A stretch of 63,982 nucleotides of DNA, the filler included, from Aduncisulcus paluster (Eukaryota), in assembly GCA_024181965.1 (NCBI GenBank). It is 6 parts of 6 records of this genome, joined end to end, with 100 filler letters (N's around TTAATTAATTAA, not from the genome) between each part and the next. Parts side by side here need not be neighbours in the genome. Positions count along the whole stretch, not along the records: positions 56,686 to 62,281 come from BQXS01012648.1; positions 62,382 to 63,982 come from BQXS01013853.1; 4 more parts are not named here. One strand, given 5' to 3'. The notes below the pieces were generated by a model. It worked only from the letters and a program-made list of their open reading frames with translations, made no database searches and was not told the origin of the DNA. The translations under genes were made by a program, and so were the position numbers. Shown here piece by piece: positions 60,501-63,982 of this stretch. The first letter of the stretch is position 1, and the number at the start of each line of letters is the position of its first letter.

Positions 60501-61408
60501 ACGAAAGGAATGTCTGTTCCTTGGGTAAGATCAGTGAAGGCACTGACAATGTGGTCCTCGGTGGGCGTAAGTTCAAAAGAGGGTGAAGTTAACAAGGAAT
60601 GGGGGTCAGATTGAGTCGAGGAACTAAGACATTTTGGAACATACGGAATGTTATGTTCAGATAATATTTGAGAACAGCAATGAGTTGATACTTGTGTTGA
60701 AGACATGGAGGTTGGAGTCTTTGTCATTCCAAAGCATGGCACCTTAATCGAGGACCTATCAAGAGTATCCTTCAACATTCTCTCAGTATTTACATCAACA
60801 AACAAAGGAACATAAAAACTCACCTTCTCCCCTCGTCTATCTCGAATATTCTTTGTCAATGTAGCGAATCTTTCGTGCGGATATAATATATTATCAGGAA
60901 TAAACCACGATTGAATGATTGGTCCATGCGATTTGTGACTAGGGAAAGTAAAATCTTTCACTCCAAGTCGAGGAAACCCTGTAAGAGGCATAATGAACTC
61001 ACCTTGGCTCTCGTCAAGATGAGTTTGAATCAAAGAACGTTGTTTAAGTAGCCGAGTGGGAGTAGAAGCCAAATCCGCCAAAGCAGGGGTTAACGGGACT
61101 TTAGGAGTACATTCGACGCAATAGGCTGTATATTCAGGCACAGCCGATATCTGCTTATTGGCAACGGGATCAGAATTCACCTGTTCAATCACACGGGGGC
61201 TAGAAAGCAAAAGCTTGACAGTCTTTGTTTTATGATCAAATTTAACAAGAATATATTCCATTTCATCTCCATATTTGAATTGGGATTGAAGCTTGGAGTA
61301 TGCCTTATATAAAAGTAAAAATTCAACGATTCCATGAGCTTTAATGAATTCGACCAATGGGGCAGTATTTTTCCACTCAAGGGCCCGACCTTTTGAAAAA
61401 AAAGCCAT
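57566..61408 (-). CDS. GCLC: Glutamate-cysteine ligase catalytic subunit (eukaryotic GCLC/GSH1 type) with long insertions
   Basis: YGDEMEY, PEY...ECTP, YLDAMAFGMG, SVDDR, HFENIQSTNWQTCRFKPPP, GWRVEFR; about 300 bp around the 59214-59234 gap is duplicated. Confidence 0.93.
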   Translation of the reverse strand: MAFFSKGRALEWKNTAPLVEFIKAHGIVEFLLLYKAYSKLQSQFKYGDEMEYILVKFDHKTKTVKLLLSSPRVIEQVNSDPVANKQISAVPEYTAYCVECTPKVPLTPALADLASTPTRLLKQRSLIQTHLDESQGEFIMPLTGFPRLGVKDFTFPSHKSHGPIIQSWFIPDNILYPHERFATLTKNIRDRRGEKVSFYVPLFVDVNTERMLKDTLDRSSIKVPCFGMTKTPTSMSSTQVSTHCCSQILSEHNIPYVPKCLSSSTQSDPHSLLTSPSFELTPTEDHIVSAFTDLTQGTDIPFVSEVSIGGADMYDGEYDTITASSSEDEEKEDDSLKTYLNHMIKRHAPSCITSPRRPASPPDRSFACSTRSDPVHGIAQPIATRDLALGLKKILVDRGSDESAERNDDHVTSSSRMSLISSSESEDLGTECVKSPPSEPPFHCVTSKFSSFIHNRTTKACIAQCEEKGNVKCLYEADKGVCIVDLYGKSRQKKPKVECTSIPRMEKESTKPVSSHLSSSHPNPKHFVYLDAMAFGMGLSSIQITFQAYNLSHSRYLYDQFQCITPMFLALSAAHPFSRGYLSDWDARYRIISGSVDDRKRKERGGTTIDDHTGEEGSETSCCGKGLSQSEATSEPESPDIHLSSRLSASASSIRSSSTQSHSMSADLVVSSKAHPAPATIPATIPATIPATIPATIPATIPATIPATIPATIPQSRYGICSAFXXXXXXXXSQSEATSEPESPDIHLSSRLSASASSIRSSSTQSHSMSADLVVSSKAHPAPATIPATIPATIPATIPATIPATIPATIPATIPQSRYGICSAFLSSHYAHKSTFDDIQVPIHARTLARTLKANLDPILSLHLAHLFIRDPLVVYESAIFLDDQNRTDHFENIQSTNWQTCRFKPPPKQLAHALFTDGKDECPCVLKTIKTGGFEQVTSSEAITGWRVEFRVMDIQTHPLSSAALITAVNLFTRCVRIAGINAYVPMSSIHRGMQCAHVRDAVNSCFFTWRRSILLDYDKNITGFGDLKGVHEKDMIMGFKDVDIFGSYEKQIYLYPFRQRLRELQTKVSGECPSSHSKSIFVNLSVNEIMNGSDNSIGLLDILGEYLNEIENVCEKIKLIESSGRLKGIMESMDEIGMKSADKEKGKELTRRFFDSYYSICLPRDLFLSHVDSLAISELILLRQTFYVYLFEIQESFSIVSKDDIQKLNYYVSILKHRSSGKKMTEAQYIRKFIVSHPKYRQDSVISEEIQYDLMLKLKDMAEGKDFDELFEVSTIKI
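58963..59377 (-). repeat. 12-bp coding minisatellite (PATI)n inside GCLC, seen on both sides of a gap
   Basis: (AGGAATTGTAGC)n on the plus strand, about 8 and 9 units. Confidence 0.9.
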
Positions 61409-61797
61409 TTTAAAGATTTAATTTGCGGCAAGAAAAGAATTAACAAAGGTGAAAACAAATAATAATTGGTTGGATGATCATTCGTGATTGATAATTTCTC
61501 CAATACTATCAACAAACATGTGATTTTTATGTAAATTTAACTTAATAATTAAGTTCATTATTCAAATAAAATAAGTGTTACCTAATAAAATCATTATATT
61601 TGAAGATAAATCCTATCATCTGAAATAATAAAGAAAAATTAAAATGTATAGATGTTTAGTAAATATTTTCGGATTATTTATACATTATTAATATATTCTA
61701 TAATGTTCTTGTTCCTGAATGATCAAAAACACACGAAAAAGATTCGGCTTCGCTTGAATAACCCCAAAAAATTATCGAAACTTTATTTCAATGTGAG

Positions 61798-62281
61798 TTA
61801 TTCCATGTATTCATCAAGATCATTTAATTCTTTCTGTAATTCTGTCTCGAATTGAAGTTCCTTTTGTTTCCTCTTCAACTCATCTTCACCTTCTTCGGCG
61901 AATCTCAATGAACGGACAGCAGCACGTCTCACCTCTTTCATTGTTTCAGTGAGTTTCATCAACTTTACCCGTGTTTCCCTATCATCACACAATTCGTCCT
62001 TTGGGAATACAACCAAATCATTTTCAATCTCGTAAAAAGCTTTCAATTGCCCATCTTTGCAAACAGTACACACGGCAAACAAAACGTCACGAGCAGAAAG
62101 GTGAAGAAGAGCACCAAGAGTCTTCAAAGAAATAGATGAAAAGGTCTTGGCGACGTTACTCAAAGCAACTCTCAATACAGCCCTATCGAGACGTTTGACG
62201 AGGTTAACAACATCATCACGGTGGAAATAAGAGTCCCACTTCTCAATCTGTTCCATAAATTTGGCTCGATCACCTTCACGG
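61798..62281 (-). CDS. RPN3: 26S proteasome lid subunit Rpn3/PSMD3, C-terminal part
   Basis: REGDRAKF...LVKRLDRAV...FSSISL PCI domain, then AVRSLRF and an acidic C-terminal helix as in Rpn3_C. Confidence 0.75.
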
Positions 62282-62569
62282 NNNNNNNNNNNNNNNNNNN
62301 NNNNNNNNNNNNNNNNNNNNNNNNNTTAATTAATTAANNNNNNNNNNNNNNNNNNNNNNNNNNNNNNNNNNNNNNNNNNNNTTCTTCTTTCTCATGTCCA
62401 ACTTTGGCATCACTATCTATCTGTTGTTGTTTATGAAATGATATTCCTTGATTCACGTGTGCCACGGATCTATACATGAAACACGAAAAAATCAATTTGT
62501 TACCGTTTTCAGCCGAAAATCTCCGGCCTCTTTTTTTTTTGATAGTTAAATCTTTTTCTTTGTTTCTCA

Positions 62570-62654
62570 GCAAGAATGGCCGAGTGGTCTAAGGCGGTGG
62601 ATTCAAGTCCCATTGTGTATGAAGCACGCGTGGGTTCGAATCCCACTTCTTGCA
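62570..62654 (+). tRNA. tRNA-Leu(CAA)
   Basis: Acceptor GCAAGAA/TTCTTGC-A, D arm TGGCCGAGTGGTCTAAGGC, loop TT-CAA-GT, long variable arm, GGTTCGAATCC, followed by TTTT. Confidence 0.93.
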
Positions 62655-62763
62655 TTTTATGAATCACAGATGCTCCCAACTTTTCTATCTCTCTTGGTTT
62701 TCATCTCCTCGTTCTTCTGATCGTTATTGTTTGAAGCTGACACATTGGAACGTTTGAACTTTC

Positions 62764-62788
62764 GATTAGATTAGATTAGATTAGATTA
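62764..62788. repeat. (GATTA)n microsatellite
   Basis: About five tandem GATTA units. Confidence 0.85.
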
Positions 62789-63718
62789 TTCGACATTTTA
62801 TTTGTTTACCTTGATTTTGTATCTATATAAGGAAGATGATGATAGAAGTGTGAACATCACAACAGCACAATAGCACAACATCACAACATCACAACCCCTC
62901 AGCTCTTTGACATGGCCCCAGCTCCACCCCTTTCCAGAGTGACTCTTGTAATGGCAATGCTATGATTGGGACAAGTGGTGTGATATTCTTGTTAATGGTC
63001 ATGGGAGACAGAGACAAGTCAAGACAATGCTCGGGGGGGTTATTCTTCTTGTCAGTGCATCTTGAGACCAGCGAGAGATATGGACAGACATGGTCCGAAA
63101 TAGCGAGAAAGAAATGAAATAAAGTCATGTATGATGATCATGGCAGTAATAATAGTAGTAGTAATAATAATAATGTGGAAAAGAATCAAAGGGAGAAGAA
63201 ACATAAATATATAAATTATCGGCATTTTTAATTACAATGTGTGAATGTCAAAGGGATATAATGATCTTACAAAGAGGATGTGACAGTATGGGGATGCAAT
63301 CGAAAACCAGGCATCACAGAGCATACGGGAATGTGCATCATTCCATCAAACAAGAAACAAAGTCGAAGAACAAGGAACACAGTAAACACCACCACGGACG
63401 ACGATGGCATTGTGGACAATGGATAATGCGTGCAACTAATGTGTGTATAGTCGGGTGTATGTTGTCAAATGAATATAGTCAAGGCTAAGATAACAATGAG
63501 CAGGAATATTACAAACAATTACTAGACAGATCGAGTACATTGGTGTGCATTGGTATGTATTGATATATATAAATAAATATAAATATATATAAATAATATA
63601 TCGATAACATCACCATACTCACATCCAGCGATTCACTCACAGTGTAGTGCAGTGTAGTGCAGGATAGGACACGGTGATCTGCCCCAACCAACACTGATGG
63701 GGGAGGATCCAACCAATG

Positions 63719-63982
63719 TCACATGGAACCATCCTTGACCTTCACGGGAGACGAAGGACAACACTCTTGGACGGTCAGTTGATCCTTGATCGAGTCAAGT
63801 TGCTGTTTGAAGAAGGAATACTGAGCACCCATTTGCTTCTCAAGGAACAACGAACGGCCATCGACAGTTTCAAGCTGTTGCGTCAAATCAGAGATCTCCT
63901 CACGAGTGCTGTCAAGCTTCTTCCGTTGATCCATGAGAAGAGCCTGGAACGTGGACTCCTGCTCCAACAGACGTTTTCGGAG
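63719..63982 (-). CDS. 3' end of a coiled-coil protein running off the window
   Basis: Open frame to the window edge with heptad-like composition. Confidence 0.45.
   Translation of the reverse strand, partial: LRKRLLEQESTFQALLMDQRKKLDSTREEISDLTQQLETVDGRSLFLEKQMGAQYSFFKQQLDSIKDQLTVQECCPSSPVKVKDGSM

Noticed and set aside
62570..62654. Selenocysteine or UGA-suppressor tRNA (TCA within the loop)
   Set aside because: The TCA register breaks the anticodon stem; the 7-bp acceptor, A73 and CAA register fit Leu

Overview
Eukaryotic draft assembly, most likely an AT-rich protist: standard code and short GTATGT...AG introns. The gene style suggests a free-living fornicate, which is an unverified inference. 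The window is six contigs joined by artificial N/TTAATTAATTAA/N linkers. Contig 1 (1-28579) has no recognisable host gene and is a nested transposon cluster: a hAT transposase plus remnants and a hAT MITE, IS630/Tc1 remnants, a non-LTR RT remnant and at least six Ty3/gypsy elements. Two of these are full-length chromodomain-bearing elements: A (11352-16392, +) and B (22562-27079, -, single intact 1404-aa ORF). They share an unusual design: LTRs of only 97 and 87 bp, 3-bp target-site duplications, no TGG tRNA primer-binding site (a perfect palindrome AGAAATTAATTTCT sits there instead) and an apparently conserved LTR fold. The other contigs carry host genes: a TSET/TWD40-1-like scaffold, RNase H1, an MBNL-like CCCH protein, SPB1 C-terminus, an E2, NAA10, a WD40 protein, a RING-H2 protein, a kinase, glutamate-cysteine ligase, RPN3 and tRNA-Leu(CAA). 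Many tandem duplications beside ~20-N gaps are probably assembly artefacts.
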